From the NCBI GenBank assembly GCA_963716205.1, contig OY970290.1, forward strand, positions 175,417-239,416: 64,000 nt of DNA, read 5' to 3'. The notes below the pieces were generated by a model. That model searched no databases and was not told where the DNA came from. It worked only from the letters and a program-made list of their open reading frames with translations. The stretch's first letter is position 1. Each line of letters begins with the position of its first letter. The DNA is from an uncultured bacterium. Its GTDB lineage: Bacteria > Patescibacteriota > Minisyncoccia > Phycocordibacterales > GWA1-40-21. This document shows positions 37,557-45,588 of the stretch, one piece after another. A program made the translations under genes and the position numbers.

Positions 37557-39224
37557 ATGACCCAAAAGGAAGCGATGGAAATTTTGAAGATGGGATACAA
37601 CTGCTATGTCACCGGTGCGGCGGGAAGCGGCAAGACGCATCTGCTCAATGAATATATAAAATTCCTCAAAAACAAAGGTGTGGAAGTCGGTGTCACGGCT
37701 TCAACCGGCATTGCGGCGACGCACATGGGCGGCATGACGATTCACTCATGGAGCGGGCTCGGCATTGCCGATACATTGACCGAATATGATTTGGAAAATC
37801 TCGAGACAAAAAAATATTTGCAGGAGAGATTGAAAAATACCGAGGCGCTTGTCATTGACGAGGTTTCAATGATTCATCACTTTCGTTTGGATTTGATAGA
37901 ACGAATTGTGCGCCATCTCAAAAAAAATCAACTTCCGTTTGGTGGAATGCAAATTATTCTCTGTGGAGATTTTTTTCAGCTTCCGCCGGTTTCCCGGATA
38001 GGCGAGCGGGAATCGCTTTTTCCGTATCGATCCGAGACATGGAAGAAATTAAATCTGAAAATCTGTTATCTTGAGGAACAATATCGCCATAAAGACGACA
38101 AATTCATCAAAATTTTGAATGGAATCAGAAACGGTTTTGTCAGCGATGAATCGCTTGCGCATCTCAAAGAAAGATTTAATGTAAAATTTGGAAATGGAAT
38201 AATTCCGACCAAGCTTCACACGCACAATATCAATGTCGACTCTATCAATGATTTTGAATTGAACAAATTGCCCGGGCAAATGTTCACATTTCAAATGGAA
38301 TCAAAAGGCAGAAAGGCGTTGGTGGATGCTTTGAAAAAAAGCTGTCTGGCACCGGAAATTTTGCGGCTGAAAATCGGTGCGAGTGTTATGTTTGTCAAAA
38401 ATAATTTTGATGCCGGATATGCCAATGGCACACTGGGAAAAGTGATTTCCTGTGATACGTACGGTCCGAAAGTCATGCTGGTTTCCGGCAAAATAATCAT
38501 TCTGGAAAAAGAATCATGGGTGATTGAGGAAGAAGGAAAAACAAAAGCGATTATCACGCAGTATCCGCTCCGCCTCGCATGGGCGATTACCGTGCACAAA
38601 AGCCAGGGCATGAGCCTGGATGCTGTCGAAGTCGACCTCTCGAAATCGTTTGAAAAAGGAATGGGCTACGTGGCGCTTTCGCGCGTGAGAACTTTGGACG
38701 GATTGAAATTGCTCGGTTTGAATAAAAATGCGCTTGAGGTCCGCGAAGATATTGCGCTCTTTGATGAAGAACTGCGAGACTTGTCGGCAAAAGATAAAAG
38801 CTGGCTGCATTCGCTCGATGACAGAGAGATAAAAGAAAAGCAGGAAGAATTTTGGGAAAAAATTGCGCCGGCTGACGGCATAAAAAAGAAAAATAAGAAA
38901 AATCGCATCTCGCCGATCGAAGAAACCCGGAATATGCTGGGAGAGGGAATGGGATTGAAAGAAATTTTGGAAATAAAAGGCGTGAAGCTCGGCACGATCC
39001 TCGATCATATTGAAAAAATTTTAGAAAAAGAACCGGATTTTGACATCAATCATTTAAAGGACGAGGTGCCGCCGGGAAAATTCAAAAAAGCGTATATGAT
39101 GTTCCGCGAAATGTATGGCGAGAACCGCGATTTTCTGCTCGCACCGGTCAAAAATAAACTTGGTGACGGATTTTCCTATGAGGAGTTGAGAATTGTAAGA
39201 TTATTTGTAAAAAAGAATCTATAA
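37557..39224 (+). CDS. Pif1/RecD-family ATP-dependent DNA helicase with C-terminal HTH extension
   Basis: 555 aa; Walker A YNCYVTGAAGSGKTHLL, AAA_30/UvrD_C-like motifs (AWAITVHKSQGMSLD, GYVALSRVR), C-terminal helix-turn-helix-like region (MLGEGMGLKEILEIKGVKLGTILDHIEKI). Confidence 0.8.
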   Translation: MTQKEAMEILKMGYNCYVTGAAGSGKTHLLNEYIKFLKNKGVEVGVTASTGIAATHMGGMTIHSWSGLGIADTLTEYDLENLETKKYLQERLKNTEALVIDEVSMIHHFRLDLIERIVRHLKKNQLPFGGMQIILCGDFFQLPPVSRIGERESLFPYRSETWKKLNLKICYLEEQYRHKDDKFIKILNGIRNGFVSDESLAHLKERFNVKFGNGIIPTKLHTHNINVDSINDFELNKLPGQMFTFQMESKGRKALVDALKKSCLAPEILRLKIGASVMFVKNNFDAGYANGTLGKVISCDTYGPKVMLVSGKIIILEKESWVIEEEGKTKAIITQYPLRLAWAITVHKSQGMSLDAVEVDLSKSFEKGMGYVALSRVRTLDGLKLLGLNKNALEVREDIALFDEELRDLSAKDKSWLHSLDDREIKEKQEEFWEKIAPADGIKKKNKKNRISPIEETRNMLGEGMGLKEILEIKGVKLGTILDHIEKILEKEPDFDINHLKDEVPPGKFKKAYMMFREMYGENRDFLLAPVKNKLGDGFSYEELRIVRLFVKKNL

Positions 39225-39239
39225 TATATATTATAAGAT

Positions 39240-40118
39240 ATGACTTTTAATCAAAAGCAGATGAAAAAGATTTTGCTTTCAGAGTTGAAAAAAGCTGAAG
39301 CAAAAGTTACTCATAGACGGGTAGCTTGTCTTCTTGAAAGTTTCAAGGGAAGTGTATATACAGGACATAATTTTGAGAAAACTATTCCAATGCATTTTTA
39401 TCATGCGGAAGATATGGCTATAAACAAAATGGAAAGATCAAAAGATAAATCCGGTATTAAAAATATAATAATGGCTGGTTATGGTAGGTTGAATAAATAT
39501 AGACAAGTCAGCCCTTGCGAGAATTGTTTCAAATTACTTAAGCCATATTTTAAAAAACAGACAAAATTAACGATATATGAACCGAATACTCATAAATATC
39601 CCTTAAAGTTTTCATTGAAAGAAATTCTTAAATCATATGCCAAAATTGGTTATTCAAAAATTTCTGGAAATAATCTTTCAAGTATTAAAAAATCTTTAAA
39701 AGAAAAAACTTTATTAAAAAGGAAAGATATACTGTTTGCAGCCGGCCTTAGACTTCTTGGTTTAAAAAATCATATCAAATTTTATCTTACAGGGAGTAGT
39801 TCTGGGCGGACAGGGCTGGTGAAGTTGATAAAAGAAAAACAGAAAAAGTCTTATGACGATATAGATATCGTTATTATATCTAAAATAAATAATAAAAGAA
39901 TTGAATCAATTATAAGTAAATACATTGGAAAGGTTTACAACGGGATATATTTAAAAAGAAAAAAACATATTATTTACATTAAAAATGCACCTAAGGAAGA
40001 ATTGAATTATTTTTTAGATTCTAAAAAAATAGTGAGTATAACTATAGGGAAAAATCCGAGAGGAGCTTTTACAAGAATGGATTATTTCAGGAATAATTGG
40101 TTTCATCAGTTATCATAA
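39240..40118 (+). CDS. cytidine-deaminase-fold (CDA) protein with second uncharacterised C-terminal domain; AT-rich, foreign-looking
   Basis: 292 aa; N-terminal domain VACLLESFKGSVYTGHNFEKTIPMHFYHAEDMAINKM...YRQVSPCENCFKLL = HAE / PCxxC zinc motifs of Cdd-type deaminases; C-terminal about 160 aa contains FYLTGSSSGRTGL...SYDDIDIVIISK; gene about 30% GC with tta/aga/ata codons versus roughly 42-48% in neighbours. Confidence 0.55.
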   Translation: MTFNQKQMKKILLSELKKAEAKVTHRRVACLLESFKGSVYTGHNFEKTIPMHFYHAEDMAINKMERSKDKSGIKNIIMAGYGRLNKYRQVSPCENCFKLLKPYFKKQTKLTIYEPNTHKYPLKFSLKEILKSYAKIGYSKISGNNLSSIKKSLKEKTLLKRKDILFAAGLRLLGLKNHIKFYLTGSSSGRTGLVKLIKEKQKKSYDDIDIVIISKINNKRIESIISKYIGKVYNGIYLKRKKHIIYIKNAPKEELNYFLDSKKIVSITIGKNPRGAFTRMDYFRNNWFHQLS

Positions 40119-40129
40119 TAGAAATAAAA

Positions 40130-40161
40130 AATGTCCCAAGAAATCTTGAGACATTTTATTT
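40130..40161. terminator. bidirectional terminator between convergent genes
   Basis: aatgtcccaag-aaat-cttgagacatt (11-bp stem, one mismatch) with A-run upstream and T-run downstream; serves both 39240 (+) and 40156 (-) genes. Confidence 0.55.
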
Positions 40162-40344
40162 CCAGCAATTCGGACATAAGCCATTTTCGTCCAAATATGC
40201 TTTTTTTGCTATGCTTCCGCACTCTTTGCAAAGCATGGCGAGTTTCAATTTAACAAGAATACTTATTTCGACATTACTCATACCAGTTTCTGAGGCACGA
40301 CATAACCACTTGTCTTCGCAGTTATGCTTTTTCTTGCGGTCCAA
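40156..40344 (-). CDS. small zinc-ribbon protein (62 aa, TTG start), hypothetical
   Basis: Minus-strand ORF MDRKKKHNCEDKWLC...CKECGSIAKKAYLDENGLCPNCWK (CxxC...CxxC); TTG start preceded by GAGAGGTGAT SD; own TTGACA-17-TACTAT promoter on the minus strand (about 40394-40422) and shared terminator. Confidence 0.5.
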   Translation of the reverse strand: MDRKKKHNCEDKWLCRASETGMSNVEISILVKLKLAMLCKECGSIAKKAYLDENGLCPNCWK

Positions 40345-40443
40345 AGCGGATCACCTCTCTCTTATGCAATGAGTCACTTCTGAGGCCCAATAGTATTCTC
40401 AATAGTGTTGATTGTCAAATAAAACCTTAATTTTTCGCTGTAT

Positions 40444-40472
40444 TTGACAACATTGGACAAGTCCTGTATGAT
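40444..40472 (+). promoter_or_regulatory. sigma70-like promoter (TTGACA-17-TATGAT) for the RRM-protein gene
   Basis: TTGACA 40444-40449, TATGAT 40467-40472; its -35 box forms a 10-bp inverted repeat (ttgtcaaata/tatttgacaa) with the divergent minus-strand promoter. Confidence 0.45.
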
Positions 40473-40569
40473 GGTAGCAATTAAGAAATTTGGATATCCA
40501 AGAGATTAGTCGTCTTTTTGTTTCAAAAGAGTCTTAAGGTTTTATAAAGTGCGAGTAATTATTTAGAGA

Positions 40570-40836
40570 ATGAAGAAATTATATGTAGGTGGCGTCGCGT
40601 ATGCTACCAGTGAGGATGGATTGAGATCAGCTTTTTCAAAAGCTGGAGAGGTTACTTCGGTCGCTATTATCATGGACAAAATGACCGGCCGATCAAAAGG
40701 ATTCGGTTTTGTCGAAATGGCCACAGAAGATGCAGCGCAAGCCGCCATCGAAATGTGGAACGGCAAGGAGCTTGACGGAAGAAAATTGACCGTCAACGAA
40801 GCCCGACCAAAAGAAGAGAGACCAGCACGATACTAA
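40570..40836 (+). CDS. RRM (RNP-1/RNP-2) RNA-binding protein
   Basis: 88 aa; KLYVGGVAY (RNP-2) and KGFGFVEM (RNP-1) motifs. Confidence 0.85.
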   Translation: MKKLYVGGVAYATSEDGLRSAFSKAGEVTSVAIIMDKMTGRSKGFGFVEMATEDAAQAAIEMWNGKELDGRKLTVNEARPKEERPARY

Positions 40837-40859
40837 ATTTTAACTTTTAGTTTTGACAA

Positions 40860-40895
40860 AAGGTGCGCCGCTTCGCGGCGCGCCTTTTGATTTAT
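40860..40895 (+). terminator. rho-independent terminator
   Basis: ggtgcgccgc-ttc-gcggcgcgcc 10-bp GC stem followed by TTTTGATTTATTTTTT. Confidence 0.6.
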
Positions 40896-40927
40896 TTTTT
40901 TGGAATTTTTCTGTTATACTGAATTAA

Positions 40928-41644
40928 ATGATTATGGATAAACTTATTTTTCTCGATACGGAAACGACAGGCAATGAAATCGGCAAAGATCGGCTGTGCC
41001 AAGTGTGTTTTTGGGTTGATGATAAAATAGAAACGGAATATTTCAAACCACCACTTCTTGTCTCGGTGAAGTCATCGAGTATTACACACATTACCAATAA
41101 AATGCTTGCTGACAGAGAAGTATTTATTGGCAGTAAAATGGCAGAGGAACTCAAGGGTCTCTTGCAAGAAGGAATACTTATTGCTCATAATGCCAAGTTT
41201 GACATTGCGATACTCGAAGCGGAAGGACTTTCTGTTCCAAAATTCATCTGCACGCTGCGTACTGCACGATATCTTGACCGTGAAAATAAAATTCCGGAAT
41301 ATGGTTTGCAATTTCTCAGATATTATCTTGATCTCAACGTGGAAGGACATGCACATGATGCGGAAGGAGATGTAAAAGTGCTCCGGGCGCTTTTTCTCAG
41401 TCTTTTATCAAAATTAAAAGAAGAAATACCGGATGAAGAAAAAGCGATTGAAAAAATGGTGGAAATTTCAAGCGTTCCGGTAGTGCTTCATAAAATTAAT
41501 TTCGGAAAATACAAAGACAAATCCTTTGATGAAATACTGAAAATCGACCGGCAATATCTGGAATGGCTTTTGAAATCGAAAATTGAAGGCAAGGATAATG
41601 ACGAAGATTTGATTTTCACCTTGCGACATTATCTGGGAAAATAG
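40928..41644 (+). CDS. DEDD-family 3'-5' exonuclease (DnaQ/PolIII epsilon-like) with C-terminal extension
   Basis: 238 aa; Exo I FLDTETTG, Exo II LIAHNAKFDIAILEAE, Exo III HDAEGDVKVL motifs. Confidence 0.75.
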   Translation: MIMDKLIFLDTETTGNEIGKDRLCQVCFWVDDKIETEYFKPPLLVSVKSSSITHITNKMLADREVFIGSKMAEELKGLLQEGILIAHNAKFDIAILEAEGLSVPKFICTLRTARYLDRENKIPEYGLQFLRYYLDLNVEGHAHDAEGDVKVLRALFLSLLSKLKEEIPDEEKAIEKMVEISSVPVVLHKINFGKYKDKSFDEILKIDRQYLEWLLKSKIEGKDNDEDLIFTLRHYLGK

Positions 41645-41687
41645 TTTTTCTTTTCATTTTTTCTTTTTTCATGTAATGTAGATAGCT

Positions 41688-43139
41688 ATGCCGCCGCAGA
41701 AAGAAACCATACTGTCATTTGAAGACGTGTCGTTCGGATTTGGACACAACAAGCCTATTTTAGAGGAGGTTTCTTTTTCCCTGCGTCGAGGCGCCAAGCT
41801 CACGCTCATGGGACAAAATGGCTCGGGGAAAAGCACTATTTTCAATCTGATCATGCGCAATTTCAAGCCCGAGTCCGGCAAGATCCATATCGGTAATGGC
41901 ATCTCAATCGCCACGGCAAAACAAGTGATAGCGCGAAGCGATATGATTTTCACGGTGCGTCAGTTTTTTGAAAATTGTTTTAAACAGAAAATCTATAATA
42001 TCGAGCCGAAGATCGAAGAAGTTTTGGAAATCGTCAACCTTAAAGCTCCGCTTGAGAGGGAAGTCAGAACATTTTCCGGCGGTCAGCAGGCACGGCTTTT
42101 GCTCGCATCAGCTTTGATCCAGGATCCGGATATTTTGCTCCTTGATGAGCCAACAAATAACTTGGACAAAGCAGGGATCGCTCATCTGACGAAATTTATC
42201 ATGGAATATCAGAAAACGGTCATCGTTATTTCGCATGATGCGGATTTTCTCAATGCGTTCACGCACGGAGTTTTGTATTTGGATGTGTATACGAAAAAGA
42301 TTGAGCAATATGTGGGAAACTATTTTGATGTTGTCAAACAAATCACCGCTCGGATTGAAAAAGAAAATATGAAAAATGCCCAGCTGGCAAAACAGATTCA
42401 GGAAAACAAAGAGAAAGCCAATTTTTTTGCCATGAAAGGAGGACAAATGCGTCTCGTGGCAAAACGCATGCGGGAAAAAGCTGAGGAAATGGAAGAAGAA
42501 AAAGTCGATGTCAGAAAAGAGGATCGCACCATACGACCATTTCAAATACCGGCGCAATATGTGCTCGGTGAGATCGTGCATATTTCGGAATTTTCCATTT
42601 TTAAAAATCACAAAAAAGTTGCGCGGAAGGTAAATATATCACTGAAGAAAAATCAGCACCTGCTCATGACCGGTCCAAACGGTATTGGTAAAAGCACATT
42701 GCTTGAAACACTGGCAAAAGGGGATTCAAAGGGAGTAAAAATAGCAGACGGAGTGAAAGTCGGATATTATCGACAGGATTTTTCCACACTGAACTTTGAC
42801 GATACTATCTTCCAGGCGCTCATGTCCGCGATGGACAAGGATATTGAACAAGAGATGCGATCTGTCGCTGCAGGATTCCTCATCACGGGCGACATGATGC
42901 ATACGAAAATTGGCTCGCTTTCCGAAGGACAAAAAGGTTTGGTTGCGCTCGCCCAGCTTGTGCTTCTGAAACCCGGACTTCTCATCCTTGACGAGCCGAC
43001 GAACCACATCAATTTCCGCCATCTGCCGATTATTGCAAAAGCTCTTTCCGACTATGAAGGTGCGATGATCCTCGTCTCCCATGTGCCTGAATTTGTCAAA
43101 CAGATCAGGATTGATGAAACATTTGATTTGGAGAAATAG
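41688..43139 (+). CDS. ABC-F family ATPase (tandem ABC domains, no TM; EttA/translation-factor-like)
   Basis: 483 aa; two Walker A (GQNGSGKST, GPNGIGKST), two signatures (LSGGQQARL, LSEGQKGLV), two Walker B (LLLDEPTN, LILDEPTN) separated by a charged linker. Confidence 0.85.
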   Translation: MPPQKETILSFEDVSFGFGHNKPILEEVSFSLRRGAKLTLMGQNGSGKSTIFNLIMRNFKPESGKIHIGNGISIATAKQVIARSDMIFTVRQFFENCFKQKIYNIEPKIEEVLEIVNLKAPLEREVRTFSGGQQARLLLASALIQDPDILLLDEPTNNLDKAGIAHLTKFIMEYQKTVIVISHDADFLNAFTHGVLYLDVYTKKIEQYVGNYFDVVKQITARIEKENMKNAQLAKQIQENKEKANFFAMKGGQMRLVAKRMREKAEEMEEEKVDVRKEDRTIRPFQIPAQYVLGEIVHISEFSIFKNHKKVARKVNISLKKNQHLLMTGPNGIGKSTLLETLAKGDSKGVKIADGVKVGYYRQDFSTLNFDDTIFQALMSAMDKDIEQEMRSVAAGFLITGDMMHTKIGSLSEGQKGLVALAQLVLLKPGLLILDEPTNHINFRHLPIIAKALSDYEGAMILVSHVPEFVKQIRIDETFDLEK

Positions 43140-43142
43140 ATC

Positions 43143-43171
43143 TTGACAATCAAATCATCTCTTGCTATACT
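43143..43171 (+). promoter_or_regulatory. sigma70-like promoter (TTGACA-17-TATACT) with about 130-nt structured leader ahead of the DEAD-box helicase gene
   Basis: TTGACA 43143-43148, TATACT 43166-43171; leader contains hairpins agttcc-attt-aggaact and atgtcgca-gaatccg-tgcgacat. Confidence 0.4.
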
Positions 43172-43301
43172 AGCCAAGTAAATAAGTTCCATTTAGGAAC
43201 TGATCTCACTGAGTCTCGCGTGAACATGTCGCAGAATCCGTGCGACATTTTTACAATAATATAAATTAAGTGGCGAATACATAGCTGCTTAGTAGTTTGA
43301 A

Positions 43302-44690
43302 ATGTATAGAAAACAAGTAAGAAATGTCGGACCTTTTAGCTTTCGCGATGCGAAACCAAAAAGATTTCCCGCACAAAGAAGTGACAGACCGGCTCGACCG
43401 AGCGCAAGTCATTCAACAAGCGAAAAGCCCGCATTCAAAAGCGGAGGATTTTCGTCTGCGCGAGGACCGTCTTTTGGCGGCGCGGCAAGACCTACGTTTG
43501 GCGGAAGGCCGTCATTTACAAATCGACCACGAAATACCTTCGGACGCGGAGGATTTCGTGGCGGCAGAGGCAGCGGAAGAAATATCGGCTCGGATATTCA
43601 TTTTTCCAAATTTATCAATAAAGCGGTCATCACGGAAGAAGTGGTAAAATTTATCCCCGAACATTTGTTTAAAGATTTGAATATTGATGACCGGATCAAA
43701 GTAAATATTTTCAAGAAAGGATATAACGATCCGACGCCGATCCAGGACAAGATTATCCCGCATGTTTTGCGCGGAGAGGATGTCGTGGGAATTGCAAATA
43801 CCGGCACCGGCAAAACTGCGGCATTTCTGATACCGCTCATTAATAAAGTTTTGCTTAATCCGAAAGAAGAAATTCTTATCGTCGTGCCAACGAGAGAACT
43901 CGCCCAGCAGATAGAAAGCGAACTGAAAACATTTACGCAAGGTATGAAAATTTATTCTGTCTGTTGTGTTGGAGGTGCACCGATTGGCAGGCAGATTTCC
44001 ATGCTGCGATTTTGGAATAATTTCATTATTGGAACGCCGGGACGGTTGAAAGATCTGATAGAACGAAGAGCTTTGAACCTCACGCCATTTTCCACGATCG
44101 TGCTTGATGAAGCGGACCGGATGCTTGATATGGGATTCATCGCCGACATGAAACTAATCATGTCAAAAATGTCTGCGAAAAGACATACACTTTTTTTCTC
44201 GGCAACGATGTCTCATGAAATCGAGCAGATGGTCAAAGCATTTTTGAAAAATCCCGTGACTATTTCTGTTAAAACAGGCGATACATCAAAATCGGTAGAT
44301 CAAGATATTGTCAGGATGCAAGGAAAAGAAAAAATCGATGTTCTTTCGGAACTTTTGAAGAGTCCTGAACTTTCCAAAGTTTTGATTTTCGGCAAAACAA
44401 AACACGGAGTCGAAAGACTTTCCAAAACTTTGACAGAAAAAGGATTTAAAGCAGATTCGATTCATGGAGACAAAAATCAATCGGCGCGACAGCGAGCACT
44501 CGGCAAATTCAAGGATGATCAGATTAAAATACTCGTGGCGACCGATGTTGCAGCGCGAGGACTTGATATTCCTGACGTTACTCATGTCATCAATTATGAT
44601 ATTCCTGCGACATATGACGATTATGTCCATCGTATTGGCAGGACCGGCAGAGCCGGCAAAAAAGGAAAAGCATTGACATTTGTCGGATAA
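43302..44690 (+). CDS. DEAD-box ATP-dependent RNA helicase with N-terminal Arg/Gly-rich extension
   Basis: 462 aa; Q motif GYNDPTPIQ, motif I ANTGTGKT, DEAD (VLDEADRMLDMGF), SAT, HRIGRTGRAG; first about 95 aa are RGG/FGG-rich low complexity. Confidence 0.9.
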   Translation: MYRKQVRNVGPFSFRDAKPKRFPAQRSDRPARPSASHSTSEKPAFKSGGFSSARGPSFGGAARPTFGGRPSFTNRPRNTFGRGGFRGGRGSGRNIGSDIHFSKFINKAVITEEVVKFIPEHLFKDLNIDDRIKVNIFKKGYNDPTPIQDKIIPHVLRGEDVVGIANTGTGKTAAFLIPLINKVLLNPKEEILIVVPTRELAQQIESELKTFTQGMKIYSVCCVGGAPIGRQISMLRFWNNFIIGTPGRLKDLIERRALNLTPFSTIVLDEADRMLDMGFIADMKLIMSKMSAKRHTLFFSATMSHEIEQMVKAFLKNPVTISVKTGDTSKSVDQDIVRMQGKEKIDVLSELLKSPELSKVLIFGKTKHGVERLSKTLTEKGFKADSIHGDKNQSARQRALGKFKDDQIKILVATDVAARGLDIPDVTHVINYDIPATYDDYVHRIGRTGRAGKKGKALTFVG

Positions 44691-44749
44691 TGGAAAAATG
44701 TTAGAATATAAACGAAAGGTCGTTTAGACAATTACAATTTTAAGCACAA

Positions 44750-44965
44750 ATGACAAAACTCAATTGGCTGGATTGGCTGACACTTATCCTCGTCATTATC
44801 GGCGGTTTGAACTGGGGCTTCACAGCGCTCGGCTGGAATCTTGTTGATAATGTTTTCGGCGCGGGTTCGACTCTCGCCACAATCATCTATCTTTTGGTGG
44901 GATTATCAGCTCTCTATGTTATTTTTTTGGCACGAAAGCTGATGAAAGGAACGGTGACGGCATAA
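44750..44965 (+). CDS. DUF378-like small membrane protein
   Basis: 71 aa; LTLILVIIGGLNWGFTALGWNLV matches the GGLNWG signature, two TM helices. Confidence 0.55.
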   Translation: MTKLNWLDWLTLILVIIGGLNWGFTALGWNLVDNVFGAGSTLATIIYLLVGLSALYVIFLARKLMKGTVTA

Positions 44966-44987
44966 GAGAAAATTTTTCTGTAATTAT

Positions 44988-45521
44988 TTATATTTTATTC
45001 GCGACAATATTGGCAAGTGATTCAACGTCTTGCGCATCAGGTCCGATGATAACGATATAATAATCGCCTTTGGCAAAGTTGAGCGCAACTCGATTATTAT
45101 CGAGTTGCGCTTCTTGCGCTGCCTGCGCACCAGTTACATTTACGAGATGGGTGCTTGTGCCGTAGCTGAACAAATCCGCAGTGTATGGAGTGCCGTCGGT
45201 ATATTGAGCGATCATAAGAAGATTTAAGGTATCGCCTGACATTTTGTTGGATTCACTGGCATTATTGACCCAGAAATAGCTATTAGGAAATTGATAATCG
45301 GTTCCTTCCGGCTGCTGCTCTGTAATTCCCATATAGCCCGCATTTTTAATGTCATCCATTGTGACGGTCAGATAATGTTCTCGGGACGGCACATTAGCGG
45401 TCACACCGTTTTGCATCACGTAAACAGATTGGTTTTTATGGGGCTGTAAAACAAAAGCAAGAATAACAAGGAGAACGACTACCAAAACAATAGGAATCAC
45501 TTTTTTATAATTTACATTCAT
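44988..45521 (-). CDS. hypothetical membrane-anchored/secreted protein
   Basis: Start ATG 45521 (MNVNYKKVIPIVLVVVLLVILAF TM/signal); the longer ORF-track start 45761 would overlap the ATPase gene. Confidence 0.4.
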   Translation of the reverse strand: MNVNYKKVIPIVLVVVLLVILAFVLQPHKNQSVYVMQNGVTANVPSREHYLTVTMDDIKNAGYMGITEQQPEGTDYQFPNSYFWVNNASESNKMSGDTLNLLMIAQYTDGTPYTADLFSYGTSTHLVNVTGAQAAQEAQLDNNRVALNFAKGDYYIVIIGPDAQDVESLANIVANKI

Positions 45522-45588
45522 GGATTTATTATATAGTAAAAGAATCAAATAGTAAAAACAGGTTATTCTGATACAATAGGGATTAGTT

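Noticed and set aside
40097-40372. 91-aa plus-strand ORF overlapping the small zinc-ribbon gene
   Set aside because: The minus-strand alternative has promoter, SD, zinc-ribbon Cys pairs and a terminator; the plus-strand product is hydrophobic nonsense and would read through the bidirectional terminator.
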